Source of the DNA: a virus
Length of the DNA: 42,053 bases
Virus record (IMG/VR): IMGVR_UViG_3300010372_000002
Coordinates: 1-42,053 of that record
Reading direction: 5' to 3' (one strand)
How positions within the stretch are numbered: position 1 is the first letter of the stretch; the number at the start of each line of letters is the position of its first letter. The notes under the pieces were generated by a model. The model was given only the letters and a program-made list of their open reading frames with translations. It had not been told where the DNA came from and made no database searches. Positions 9,914 to 18,201 of this stretch are shown here, in pieces. The position numbers and the translations under genes are program-made.

Positions 9914-10361
9914 TGTTTCGGCTCTCGACTGAGGTCTGTAGTTCGCGGGCAGCTTTGGCGACCAAGTTCGGCCACTCTGCAATAGCGCCAGATACGAAGT
10001 GATATCCCTGCTGATTATATACCCGGCCTAGTGAGTCGGCACCGACATATCCCATCTCTAATCGTCTGGCGTAATTCGCCTGATAGCCGAGCCATATGGG
10101 CTGATCAAGTTTCAGCATGGCAGTGACTATGCCAACGTCAGAGCCGCTGAATTGCGCGTCTGATGTTTTCGGCATGCCCTGAGTTGATGCCAGCAGAGAG
10201 CGCGCAAGGTTCCCGGTATCTACTGGCACGCGCCCGCCATTGGGGATGGTGGTGGTCATCTCTACGGCCAGCAGGTCGATAGCACGATTGCGCACAGCTT
10301 CAAGGCGCTGGGGCGTCTGTTTAGCCCACGCTGACACTGTTGCCGCGAACGATTTAGCCAT
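9903..10361 (-). CDS. HK97 gp10-family head-tail / tail completion protein
   Basis: 152 aa. The N-terminus (FAATVSAWAKQTPQRLEAVRNRAIDLLAVEM...PVDTGNLARSL) matches the gp10-family pattern. Confidence 0.7.
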   Translation of the reverse strand: MAKSFAATVSAWAKQTPQRLEAVRNRAIDLLAVEMTTTIPNGGRVPVDTGNLARSLLASTQGMPKTSDAQFSGSDVGIVTAMLKLDQPIWLGYQANYARRLEMGYVGADSLGRVYNQQGYHFVSGAIAEWPNLVAKAARELQTSVESRNNGS

Positions 10362-11422
10362 TACGTTAGCCCCACTGATCTGTCCAGCGAATAGTTGCAG
10401 GTGCAGCCGCAGCGTATGTTGTTCTTCGCCCCGCCAGCAGGATCATGCGGGTATTGCATCACTGAGCCGTCAGACAGCACAAACGGCGTATTTAGTCCGC
10501 GCACGCTCTGGCGATTCATCTCGATGTGAGTTATTCGGGCATCGCCACCGGGGCCGCGACTATGTTGCCAGACCTTTACCACAGCGCTGGCGTCCAGCCC
10601 CTGAGACTCAGCCGCCTGCTGCCAAGCCTCGTCTTTTGATCCCATGACTGCCGCTCCGACCTCAGTCTGGCTAACCGTCTCAGCCCTAGCCTGCAACAGC
10701 GCGTTGCGATACTGTCTTATGCTGATATCTATGGCATCGTCAGGAACGGCTGTGCCTGCGTTGTAGGCTGCGATAATGCGCTTCTCAGTCGCCGGATTGA
10801 CCTTGTATCGCATGGCCAGCTTGCCGTCACGCCCTTCGATCACCAGCGACTGCACGCCCTCTGGCGTCCGCATACCCAGCGAGACCTGCTGTAGTCGGTA
10901 GGCGCGCGGATTGTCCAATCCAAGTACCCCGCCTTGCCTCGTTCCGTTCGTAACCCTGCCACCAAGCTCGATGGCGATAGTGCGCGGGCCTTCACCTCGG
11001 GCATAGCCTGCGCCGATGACGCCGCGTGCCACTTCGATCTGCTCATTCGTGAACCCCACCACCTTCTCAGCAACGTTCTGCCTGATCCATCGTTCGGCCC
11101 TTGGGTTAGCCATGTCGAACCGGACGCCTACCGGAGCAATGCCGACCATCTGAATCTGCGCCATCGTCGAGGCACCAGCGCGGGCATAGGCTGCCGTCAT
11201 GGCAGACGAATACTCAGCCCATGCCGCTGCGTTGATGTTCAGTGCCGCCACCGCGCCGTCAATGTCGCCTGCCTCCAGCCGTTGCAGCAGGAGAGGCCAG
11301 TTGACTCCGGCCTGGAGATCGACGACAGAGGCCATGAACGCCCGCTTAATCTCAGGCTCAAGCGTGCTGATCAACTGAGCAAACAGCCTGGCCTGGGATT
11401 TAGTGGCGACGTTGACGGCCAT
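10361..11422 (-). CDS. Minor head protein, Mu F / SPP1 gp7-like
   Basis: 353 aa with a C-terminal region ending ...HDPAGGAKNNIRCGCTCNY, typical of the Mu F head morphogenesis domain. Confidence 0.7.
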   Translation of the reverse strand: MAVNVATKSQARLFAQLISTLEPEIKRAFMASVVDLQAGVNWPLLLQRLEAGDIDGAVAALNINAAAWAEYSSAMTAAYARAGASTMAQIQMVGIAPVGVRFDMANPRAERWIRQNVAEKVVGFTNEQIEVARGVIGAGYARGEGPRTIAIELGGRVTNGTRQGGVLGLDNPRAYRLQQVSLGMRTPEGVQSLVIEGRDGKLAMRYKVNPATEKRIIAAYNAGTAVPDDAIDISIRQYRNALLQARAETVSQTEVGAAVMGSKDEAWQQAAESQGLDASAVVKVWQHSRGPGGDARITHIEMNRQSVRGLNTPFVLSDGSVMQYPHDPAGGAKNNIRCGCTCNYSLDRSVGLT

Positions 11423-11425
11423 GAT

Positions 11426-11818
11426 CTATCCGCGAATCAGAAATTTTACTGCCGAAGTCACCCCCGCTGCGGGGATCTTTTCAACCGCGATGACGTGAAC
11501 AGGCACGCCATCGATTGAAAGTGTATCACCTGCCTGATATTGCATGACCGGGGGCGCGCAAATGACCTGCTTATCACTGGCCAGGATAACCGCGCCACCT
11601 ACCTCAGTGCCGACTAGGCGGGAATCTACGCCACGCGCTGCGCCTTTTAGCGTCTCAGTCGTCACGGTAGGCGTCACTGGTTCCCATGGGGCATTTGGAT
11701 TTGGCGTGCCGGGAGTCGAACGGGCAAGGATGATAACGCCCTGGCCGTACTTATCGGGCGCCAGCAGTCGAGCGGCTAGCGCTGCGCCACGGTCGTAGAT
11801 GCTGCTCATGCGCGACAT
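11426..11818 (-). CDS. Head-tail connector (head closure) candidate
   Basis: 130 aa; call rests only on position between the adaptor and tail completion genes. Confidence 0.5.
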   Translation of the reverse strand: MSRMSSIYDRGAALAARLLAPDKYGQGVIILARSTPGTPNPNAPWEPVTPTVTTETLKGAARGVDSRLVGTEVGGAVILASDKQVICAPPVMQYQAGDTLSIDGVPVHVIAVEKIPAAGVTSAVKFLIRG

Positions 11819-12186
11819 ACCGCAAAGTTGGCCTGCCCCATCTGGCCGGCAGTCAAATACGGGCTGATCAATGCGGCAAGCTGGGGGTAGAGCGGCGTAG
11901 ATGGCCCGCTATCGCTGTAGGACACGGACACAGCGCCGAATACAGTCTCTTGCGTTACGCGAGGCGTGATAGCAGCCAACGGATCGCCGCCAGCCTGATA
12001 GATCATCGCGCAAACCATCTGCGCCTGCTTGATCTGGTCAGGCACCGGATCAGGCACGGTAATCGGCTGGATTTGCAGCCAGTCGAGCGCCTTGGTCAGC
12101 AGGACAGGCTCCTGCTGAGCGGTAATAACAACGCCACGCGCTGCGGCATAGGCGATTAGCTCGCCGGTATCTACATAGCCAATCAT
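11806..12186 (-). CDS. Head-tail adaptor candidate
   Basis: ATG 12186 is preceded by GGAGGACGC. The ORF-track extension to 12282 crosses a hairpin and a small ORF. Confidence 0.55.
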   Translation of the reverse strand: MIGYVDTGELIAYAAARGVVITAQQEPVLLTKALDWLQIQPITVPDPVPDQIKQAQMVCAMIYQAGGDPLAAITPRVTQETVFGAVSVSYSDSGPSTPLYPQLAALISPYLTAGQMGQANFAVCRA

Positions 12187-12197
12187 GCGTCCTCCAT

Positions 12198-12222
12198 ACA
12201 AAAGCCCCTTATTCGGGGCTTT
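12198..12222 (-). terminator. Hairpin with a short U-tract after the capsid/small ORF pair (leaky terminator candidate)
   Basis: Minus strand AAAGCCCC-GAATAA-GGGGCUUUUG; the stop codon of the small ORF sits in the loop. Confidence 0.4.
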
Positions 12223-12379
12223 CGGTTTTCTTGCGCGACTGCTTTTCAGGCGTGGCGTGTGGATTCTTGGACAGTTGCTCAATCAGTGCGGCGTCATCGG
12301 TTTCAATAACGCCGCCTACCGACTGAATCAACTGCCCCTGAATGATCACGCTGTAACCTTCAGGGACAGTGAATCGCAT
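12209..12379 (-). CDS. Small protein downstream of the capsid gene (56 aa)
   Basis: MRFTVPEGYSVIIQGQLIQSVGGVIETDDAALIEQLSKNPHATPEKQSRKKTESPE. A GGGGG RBS lies 6 nt upstream, 12 nt after the capsid stop. Below the ORF-track size cutoff. Confidence 0.4.
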   Translation of the reverse strand: MRFTVPEGYSVIIQGQLIQSVGGVIETDDAALIEQLSKNPHATPEKQSRKKTESPE

Positions 12380-12391
12380 ATCAACCCCCTA

Positions 12392-13543
12392 TCAGGTCAG
12401 GCCGTACAGGCGGCCCATGTGGGTCTTGCTCTGGCGGACTTCCATAGCGAAGTCACCAATGACGCGAGTGCGCTGGCCGTCCTGGCCGTTCTGGGTAGCA
12501 TCAACAGTGCGCCATGCGCCAGAAGCCTCGGCATTGTTGGCAGCCATCGGCACCACGCTAACCATCGAGCTGTCGAAGATCACCAGCTCAGAGTCGGCCA
12601 GGTTGGTGTCTACCACGATACGGTTGACGTTGCCAACCAGCGGCAGGTCAGACGGCAGGGTCAGCAGCGAACCCTCGTCGGCAGTCCACTCACCCAGGCG
12701 GCTAGAGCTGTAGTTGGCCGATACCAGCGCGGACAGTACGCGAGCCTGCTTGATGCCGACAGCGATGGTGTTAGCAGTACCGCCACGGCTCACGATCTCT
12801 GCGTTGATCACGTTGATCTTGTCGAGGTCAAGAGCGCCAGCGCCATCGGTGTTGATTGCGCCAGCCTGATCAAGATAGAAACGCAGACCGCCAGTGTAGG
12901 TCACGGTCTTACCGCCGATGGTGGCAGTAGCGCGACGGCCACGGACAAGCGCGCGATCCATCTGGATGGTCAGTTGACGAATGCGCTCACTGATCTGGAA
13001 GGCCAGATCGTTGGTGCCGCCGAACTGGATGGTTGCCAGCGCGCGGCGCGAGAACTCAACAGCGGTGTCCATTGTCTGGAAGAAGTTCTCTACCGGGTCA
13101 GGCTGGAAGATGCCATCGTTCTCGGCCAGGGAGTTTTCCTCACGACCTACCGAGTCGATAGTCAGCACAGCGCCAGACGGCAGGGCAGCGGCAGTAGTGC
13201 CACCAAAGCCACGGGTTACGGTCAGGTCGTTGCCGGATACGGCAGTCACCAGCATTACCTCGTTACCAGTCGAGGCCGAAACGGTCATACCGGCGCGGAA
13301 CTTGCCGCCATCGGCAACCGGGACGGTGGTGGCAATGTCAGTCAGTGCGGCAGTAAGCGCGGAACTGGTAGCGTCGATACGGAAGTCTAGCCAGCCCATC
13401 TTATAGCCGTCATAGGCTTGGCGCGGGCCACCCATGCTGACAACTTGCAGGATACCGGTGCGGTTGGAGCGCGCGATTTCGAACGCTTCGTTGATTACTT
13501 TGTCATTCAGCAACGCTGAAAGATCAGGGGACAATACAGGCAT
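12392..13543 (-). CDS. Major capsid protein
   Basis: 383 aa, follows the scaffold gene, high expression-type composition; size and position fit an HK97-fold capsid protein. Confidence 0.85.
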   Translation of the reverse strand: MPVLSPDLSALLNDKVINEAFEIARSNRTGILQVVSMGGPRQAYDGYKMGWLDFRIDATSSALTAALTDIATTVPVADGGKFRAGMTVSASTGNEVMLVTAVSGNDLTVTRGFGGTTAAALPSGAVLTIDSVGREENSLAENDGIFQPDPVENFFQTMDTAVEFSRRALATIQFGGTNDLAFQISERIRQLTIQMDRALVRGRRATATIGGKTVTYTGGLRFYLDQAGAINTDGAGALDLDKINVINAEIVSRGGTANTIAVGIKQARVLSALVSANYSSSRLGEWTADEGSLLTLPSDLPLVGNVNRIVVDTNLADSELVIFDSSMVSVVPMAANNAEASGAWRTVDATQNGQDGQRTRVIGDFAMEVRQSKTHMGRLYGLT

Positions 13544-13554
13544 TTGGTGTACCT

Positions 13555-14208
13555 CTAGGATTGTTGATTAAGCATTGCAGTAACGTAGCCGGCGAGGTCG
13601 CCGCGCTTCTTGGCTTCTTCAGCCGCTGCGTTAGTTTTTTCAGAGGCACCGCCCCCACGATTTCCACCAGTGGCACCGCCACCAGTTGCGCCCGATCCTT
13701 TGACCAGTCGCGGGTATTTCTCTGCAAGCATTTCGATTACTTTCTCTTTTGGAACCGAAACGCCGCCTACTTGATATTCTATGCCGTTTTCAGTATATAC
13801 GGCAAACTTTTGAACTTGTTCTGTCAATAGCTCAAGGCTGGAATCATCGACAGCAATTGAACTTGCAATCTTTACCGACTCGGCGCTGATTTCTTTTTGC
13901 TGCACCGCTTGGCGTTCTTTACGCCGACTGTCGCGCTCTTCCTCAAGTTCTCGCTGAATGCGTGCGGCTTTTTCTGCTTCAGTTTCCCATAGCTTCTGGA
14001 ACTCGCCAGACTTCTTAAGCGCTTCCTGCTCTGCTGCGGCCTGAGCCTCTTCCAGCTCTTTAGCGCGCTGCTTTGCGGTCTTTGTTTCACCTAGCAAAGT
14101 CTCCTGATGCTTTTTCAGGCGCTCCAGTTCGTCCGCCATCGCCTTTACTTGCTCAGGCGTATATTGCGGCGCTTGCGTTTGTTCGGTGGTGGTAACTTCT
14201 TCGGTCAT
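13555..14208 (-). CDS. Scaffolding protein
   Basis: 217 aa, Glu/Lys/Ala/Gln-rich coiled coil, between the portal and capsid genes. Confidence 0.75.
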   Translation of the reverse strand: MTEEVTTTEQTQAPQYTPEQVKAMADELERLKKHQETLLGETKTAKQRAKELEEAQAAAEQEALKKSGEFQKLWETEAEKAARIQRELEEERDSRRKERQAVQQKEISAESVKIASSIAVDDSSLELLTEQVQKFAVYTENGIEYQVGGVSVPKEKVIEMLAEKYPRLVKGSGATGGGATGGNRGGGASEKTNAAAEEAKKRGDLAGYVTAMLNQQS

Positions 14209-15662
14209 TACAGTCTCCCGGCAGCACTGCCGCCATTGTTAAGACCGGCAACTTGCCGATCATTTGTTTCCGGTAATACATAGTCGGCCAGGATAGTGTC
14301 CTGAGCGTCCTGCAAAATCAATTCGTTATCACGGTCGTCACGCAGCTTGATAGATCCAGCGCGGATCATCTCTAGCGCATCGAGCGGGCCATATAGTGTA
14401 CCAACGCCAGCCAATACTACCTGGAGGTCTTGGGCGGTAATTGCAGTTTCCCAGAACTCACGGGAGAGCTGATATTCAACCACATCAGGATCAGCGCCAA
14501 CGAAACGGCACATATCCTCTAGCGCGGCCTCAATACCTTCGCTGACGTTGCCGACCACGTTGTCTAGCGTGCTGGCCTCTGCGCTGGCATTCAGGCGTGC
14601 GGCCTCGGCAGTCTCAGCCTGGCCACCTCGCTGCACCAGGCGAGCACCAATGGCGACCATCTGCTGCTCTTTGTGCCTCATCAGCTCAAACGACAGGCTA
14701 GTAGCCTCAGCCTGGACTAGATCCATGCTGCCGCCCTTCGTCACCACGCCGGCACGACTGCCGATTTGGATGCCGTTCGGGTTTAGCTGCTGCCATTCCG
14801 CTGTATCGGTCTCGCCGATGTTCAAGTGTACGGTCGGCTGGCCGCTGATAAAGCTGCTTTCCTCAAGGTCGGCAGTGTTGCGGTAGTGACTGATATTCAG
14901 CACTGCCATGTCATACAACGGCGGCATATCCGGCTCAGGCAGGTTGTTCACTGCGCCGATGATGTGCAGCGGGATGCGATCAAACGGCACGCCGCCAGCC
15001 ATTTTCGGCACGTACTCCTCAGCGAGAACGCCGCCAGTTTGATCATGCAGCGCCTGGGTATAAACACCATCACGCAGTCGCAGAACCCGGTAAATCGTCT
15101 TTGTCTCTAGCGCAAATTCGTCATCGCCAGATTCTACGACTTCAGCCAGCACTGCCATAGTCAAGCGCTTGCGGCCATTAACCCCTTGGAATCGCCAGTT
15201 AATCAGCGACTCAGCAGGATAGGCGGCAATAGTTGGGCGAAGACCTAGTGCGCGCTCAGACTCGCTATCTAGCCCCTCTGGAGCGCTGGGGAAGTCCACT
15301 AGAAGCGCATAGCGGCCCGTGGTCAGTTCGTCGCCTACGATCTCCTTAGCCATCTGTTCGAGGGATTGGCCGGAGCCGTCGATATTCTCTAGGAACCCTT
15401 CAATCTGCGACGGCACTACGACTCTCGGCGGCTTGCGGAATACCATCCCGGTTAGCGCCTCTTTAGTGCGCCCTGTCACGCCCATGAAGTATGCACGCGC
15501 CAGGTATTGCGCATATCGCTCGGTGTCATTTTGCGCAAAAGTTGACGGCAGATACAAAACGCCGCCTCGTTTAATTGCACGCTGGCCAGCCACAGCATCA
15601 CGGCACTCGCGCCATACTGGCAACATATCTGCGTATAGCGGGTGGACTGTGGAGACTGGCAT
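14208..15662 (-). CDS. Portal protein (DUF4055-like from memory)
   Basis: 484 aa directly downstream of TerL; N-terminus PLYADMLPVWRECRDAVAGQRAIKRGG..YLP. Confidence 0.85.
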   Translation of the reverse strand: MPVSTVHPLYADMLPVWRECRDAVAGQRAIKRGGVLYLPSTFAQNDTERYAQYLARAYFMGVTGRTKEALTGMVFRKPPRVVVPSQIEGFLENIDGSGQSLEQMAKEIVGDELTTGRYALLVDFPSAPEGLDSESERALGLRPTIAAYPAESLINWRFQGVNGRKRLTMAVLAEVVESGDDEFALETKTIYRVLRLRDGVYTQALHDQTGGVLAEEYVPKMAGGVPFDRIPLHIIGAVNNLPEPDMPPLYDMAVLNISHYRNTADLEESSFISGQPTVHLNIGETDTAEWQQLNPNGIQIGSRAGVVTKGGSMDLVQAEATSLSFELMRHKEQQMVAIGARLVQRGGQAETAEAARLNASAEASTLDNVVGNVSEGIEAALEDMCRFVGADPDVVEYQLSREFWETAITAQDLQVVLAGVGTLYGPLDALEMIRAGSIKLRDDRDNELILQDAQDTILADYVLPETNDRQVAGLNNGGSAAGRL

Positions 15663-15707
15663 TTTTGAACCTCTTGCAATAATGCCGCGATTATGGCACC
15701 GGATAAC

Positions 15708-16949
15708 TTAGAAGGCAAAGCCGACCTTGATTGGTGGCAACTTGCGCATAGCCATTACCGGCTCAAGGGCATATCTGAGCGCATCAATGTAGTGGTTATT
15801 GTCGTCGCGCAATACAGGGAGAATATCACCGCTCAGCCTGTCCACTTTGTAGCTGTAGTTTAGGAACTCATTGGCGGTAGCAGTGCATCGAGTATGAATG
15901 ACTATTTCGTCAAACGACTTGATGTGTTCTACGCCATCCTCTACTGACCCCTTTCCTTTTGCGCACGGCTTAATGCGCGGGAGTCCGTTGCGCTTCAGGT
16001 AGCTGATAGATTCAGGTCTGGCATTATCAGCACGTATATCGTGATCAGCAGCGCCAGGCAGGTCACGCAGAACCATAGCGGCGGTATCGTCAATCTCAAC
16101 GCCTACGCCGCCAGTCTCATGCTCTATGTACAGTCGATTGCCATGTATCCAGCATTTAACGCCTGCCGTTGGATCTTGCGCAAAGCCGAAGTCGAGGCCG
16201 TAGTAAGGGCCATTCCAGTCAGGCCCAGGCACAAAGTCATCTTGCCGCCACTTACCACCAAATACGGATGCCTTGCCGATCCGCAGGTATTGGCCTAGCC
16301 AGATGTGCGCATATGTCTCAGGGTCTAGCGTGCGCTGCTGATGCTGGCGCTGCTCTTCCAGCACGGACGGGAACCACGGGTTATCCGTGTAGTTCATTTC
16401 GACAATGCGGGAGCGTGGTGGGGTGATCTTTCGGAATCGCTGGTCTACCGGGCTGCCATCTTTGCGCGGGTTCCAGATAACCCATATCTCCGACTTCTCG
16501 GCGCGGATGGTCGGCTCAAGGTCGCGCCATGATGCTTCTGGCACGTCCTCAGCTTCCTCGACAATACATAGGTCAATCTGAGCTGTAGACTTGATAGAGC
16601 TGATGTTGTGGCGCAAGCCCTTGAACATGAACTCGGTCTGACGCTCACGCCCTGGAACCTTGCCGCGCAGGTAGTCAATCCCCACGTCATAGGCAGCAGC
16701 AAGCCACGGCTCTGACGCGATGGCGTTCTTCAATTCGGCGTGGAATGACTCCTTGATAGAGTCCTGAAGCTCTCGGGTACATAGAATGCGCAGCGGCTCA
16801 ACTACGCCCCAGATTGCCGCCATCTTGGCAAAGGTAAACGACTTACCTGAGCCGCGACCACCATGCGCCCCCCTATAACGCAAAGACCCGCGAGGCGGGC
16901 CGAATACACTTAACAGCTTGGGCGGTAGTTCAATCCTGGCTTGTGTCAT
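15708..16949 (-). CDS. terL: Terminase large subunit
   Basis: 413 aa, Walker A GGRGSGKS, acidic Walker B-like LCIVEEAED, C-terminal nuclease region. Confidence 0.9.
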   Translation of the reverse strand: MTQARIELPPKLLSVFGPPRGSLRYRGAHGGRGSGKSFTFAKMAAIWGVVEPLRILCTRELQDSIKESFHAELKNAIASEPWLAAAYDVGIDYLRGKVPGRERQTEFMFKGLRHNISSIKSTAQIDLCIVEEAEDVPEASWRDLEPTIRAEKSEIWVIWNPRKDGSPVDQRFRKITPPRSRIVEMNYTDNPWFPSVLEEQRQHQQRTLDPETYAHIWLGQYLRIGKASVFGGKWRQDDFVPGPDWNGPYYGLDFGFAQDPTAGVKCWIHGNRLYIEHETGGVGVEIDDTAAMVLRDLPGAADHDIRADNARPESISYLKRNGLPRIKPCAKGKGSVEDGVEHIKSFDEIVIHTRCTATANEFLNYSYKVDRLSGDILPVLRDDNNHYIDALRYALEPVMAMRKLPPIKVGFAF

Positions 16950-17313
16950 TCGGCGCCGCCAGAATGATCTGCGTTGGAATCAGAGAACCATCGGTGCTGA
17001 TATTGTCCTGCTGCACTTTGTCACTGTACCCATGGTTCGCCAACAACAGCTTAACAATGGTCGGGTTCAAGTCGCCTTTCAATCCGCCATTCAGACTAAT
17101 GCGCTCTTGTAAATAGGCGATCTTCTCTAGCGTGACCAAAAATTCAGGGAACTTTTCCCAATTGGCCATGGTGCTACGGCTTAGTCCCAGCTCCAGCGCT
17201 AGGCCTGCACGGCTCGGAACAACATCACCGCACTCGATAAAGCCACCCTCTGCGTATGCGTCTGCACGCGCCTGGACTTCTTCGTTGTACTCACTAGGGC
17301 GACCGGCAGCCAT
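16930..17313 (-). CDS. terS: Terminase small subunit
   Basis: 127 aa. The N-terminal GRPSEYNEEV... HTH-type motif is common in TerS. 20-nt overlap with terL. Confidence 0.75.
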   Translation of the reverse strand: MAAGRPSEYNEEVQARADAYAEGGFIECGDVVPSRAGLALELGLSRSTMANWEKFPEFLVTLEKIAYLQERISLNGGLKGDLNPTIVKLLLANHGYSDKVQQDNISTDGSLIPTQIILAAPNDTSQD

Positions 17314-17315
17314 AC

Positions 17316-17528
17316 TCAGCCCATCCGATTCAATTGGCGATCAATGCGACGGCGCTCGATGCCATTGGAGAGTGCGCATAACATCCATACGCCAATCCAC
17401 ATGATACCGAACCCACCAAATACGATCAGGCATACCACCAGCAATAGCAGGTGCAGGATGTGAGATGTCTTGTACTCGCCGCGGCGGGCGATCAGTGCGT
17501 GCAATTTTCCGGTTTCCATAGCTGTCAC
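17316..17528 (-). CDS. Small membrane protein (70 aa)
   Basis: Two hydrophobic segments (ILHLLLLVVCLIVFGGFGIMWIGVWMLCAL); first gene of the late operon; GTG 17528 or ATG 17519. Confidence 0.5.
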   Translation of the reverse strand: MTAMETGKLHALIARRGEYKTSHILHLLLLVVCLIVFGGFGIMWIGVWMLCALSNGIERRRIDRQLNRMG

Positions 17529-17785
17529 TCAAGTAGTTGATAAAAGGTGCCGCTCTGTCGCCAGGTGCGCGGCTACACCCGCAAAAGGGAAACACTCTGT
17601 TAGAGCTTCACAGAGCCAAACCTCTGGCTGACCGCTTGACCCAGAGTCGCAGCAGCTTGGAGGACTGCTAGAGCGTTGTTCTGGAGCCTAATCCATCTAG
17701 TCGGCAGCGTGCCTCACCACTAGCGGATATTGCTTCCCTCGCTTGGTAGCGGGGCTGTAACTCACTGTACGCATGGCACATGAGC

Positions 17786-17860
17786 TGGAGCGAGAAGGGA
17801 GAATTGAACTCCCGTATCCAGGATGGAAGCCTGGCACATACGCCATTCTGTCATTCTCGC
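17786..17860 (-). tRNA. tRNA-Gly (anticodon UCC), CCA encoded
   Basis: Hand-folded cloverleaf. Acceptor GCGAGAA/TTCTCGC is 7 bp perfect. Anticodon arm is CCAGG-CTTCCAT-CCTGG and T arm is GGGAG-TTCAATT-CTCCC. The D loop has GG, the discriminator is T and CCA follows. The D stem has only 3 bp. Confidence 0.8.
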
Positions 17861-17880
17861 AAATCTTTAACTATTCGGCT

Positions 17881-18000
17881 GGTGACTGCTTGGGATTCGA
17901 ACCCATAAGACTTACGCCTGCTTTCGGTGGCGCCACCTAATCGCCTGCCGCACCGCACCCACGGTCGCCCATGATCCCCATGAGACAAACCGCAATCACC
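17881..18000 (-). ncRNA. tRNA-like element: canonical T-arm + acceptor-like 3' strand + ACCA, closed by a 9-bp helix, 120 nt
   Basis: TGGG-TTCGAAT-CCCA then AGCAGTCACCA (17880..17908), 24 nt upstream of tRNA-Gly. GGTGATTGC (17992..18000) pairs with GCAGTCACC (17881..17889). No standard D or anticodon arm could be folded. Confidence 0.3.
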
Positions 18001-18195
18001 ATGCGAATAGTTGCCGGTCTTCCCCGGCTGCCACCGATCTTCGAGCTGTCGGCGCTTTGTGTGGCGGCCGGCGCTGATCCCGGCAATTGTCATGACCCGA
18101 CTTCAGACTCTCCGCTAGGCAATGGAGGCCGTGGCTCAACTTGCTCTTTCGAGCGCCTGAATCCTGAAGCCGCATGACGCATTCACCACACATCC

Positions 18196-18201
18196 ATTAT
18201 A
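18196..18201 (-). promoter_or_regulatory. Perfect -10 hexamer TATAAT (candidate late promoter)
   Basis: Minus strand GCTG-TATAAT-GGATGTG begins 5 nt after the stop of 18207..19100; no good -35 hexamer. Confidence 0.35.

Noticed and set aside
12185-13390. 401-aa plus-strand ORF antisense to the major capsid gene
   Set aside because: It lies entirely inside a well-supported minus-strand gene of a tightly packed operon. Its composition is Arg/Gly/Ala/Val-rich, typical of antisense frames in high-GC DNA. It has no RBS or coupling.
17881-18190. Possibility that the tRNA-like-ended domain is a phage tmRNA
   Set aside because: The acceptor-like helix would have U3-A70 rather than the G3-U70 alanine identity pair. 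I found no tag-like reading frame ending in hydrophobic residues plus a stop; the best candidate is ..AAGD-TAG. The 5' region only loosely resembles the tmRNA GGAUUCGAC motif. This still needs ARAGORN/Infernal confirmation.
17881-18190. Possibility of a tRNA split by a group I intron
   Set aside because: No 5' acceptor strand, D arm or anticodon-stem partner (TTACG/CTTAC) could be found at any distance upstream. I saw no R/S-type group I core sequences.
17851-18193. Three overlapping 65-80-aa ORFs in the late leader
   Set aside because: They are mutually overlapping on both strands, Arg/Gly/Pro-rich, and without an RBS. One overlaps the tRNA-Gly gene. The region is better explained as structured RNA.
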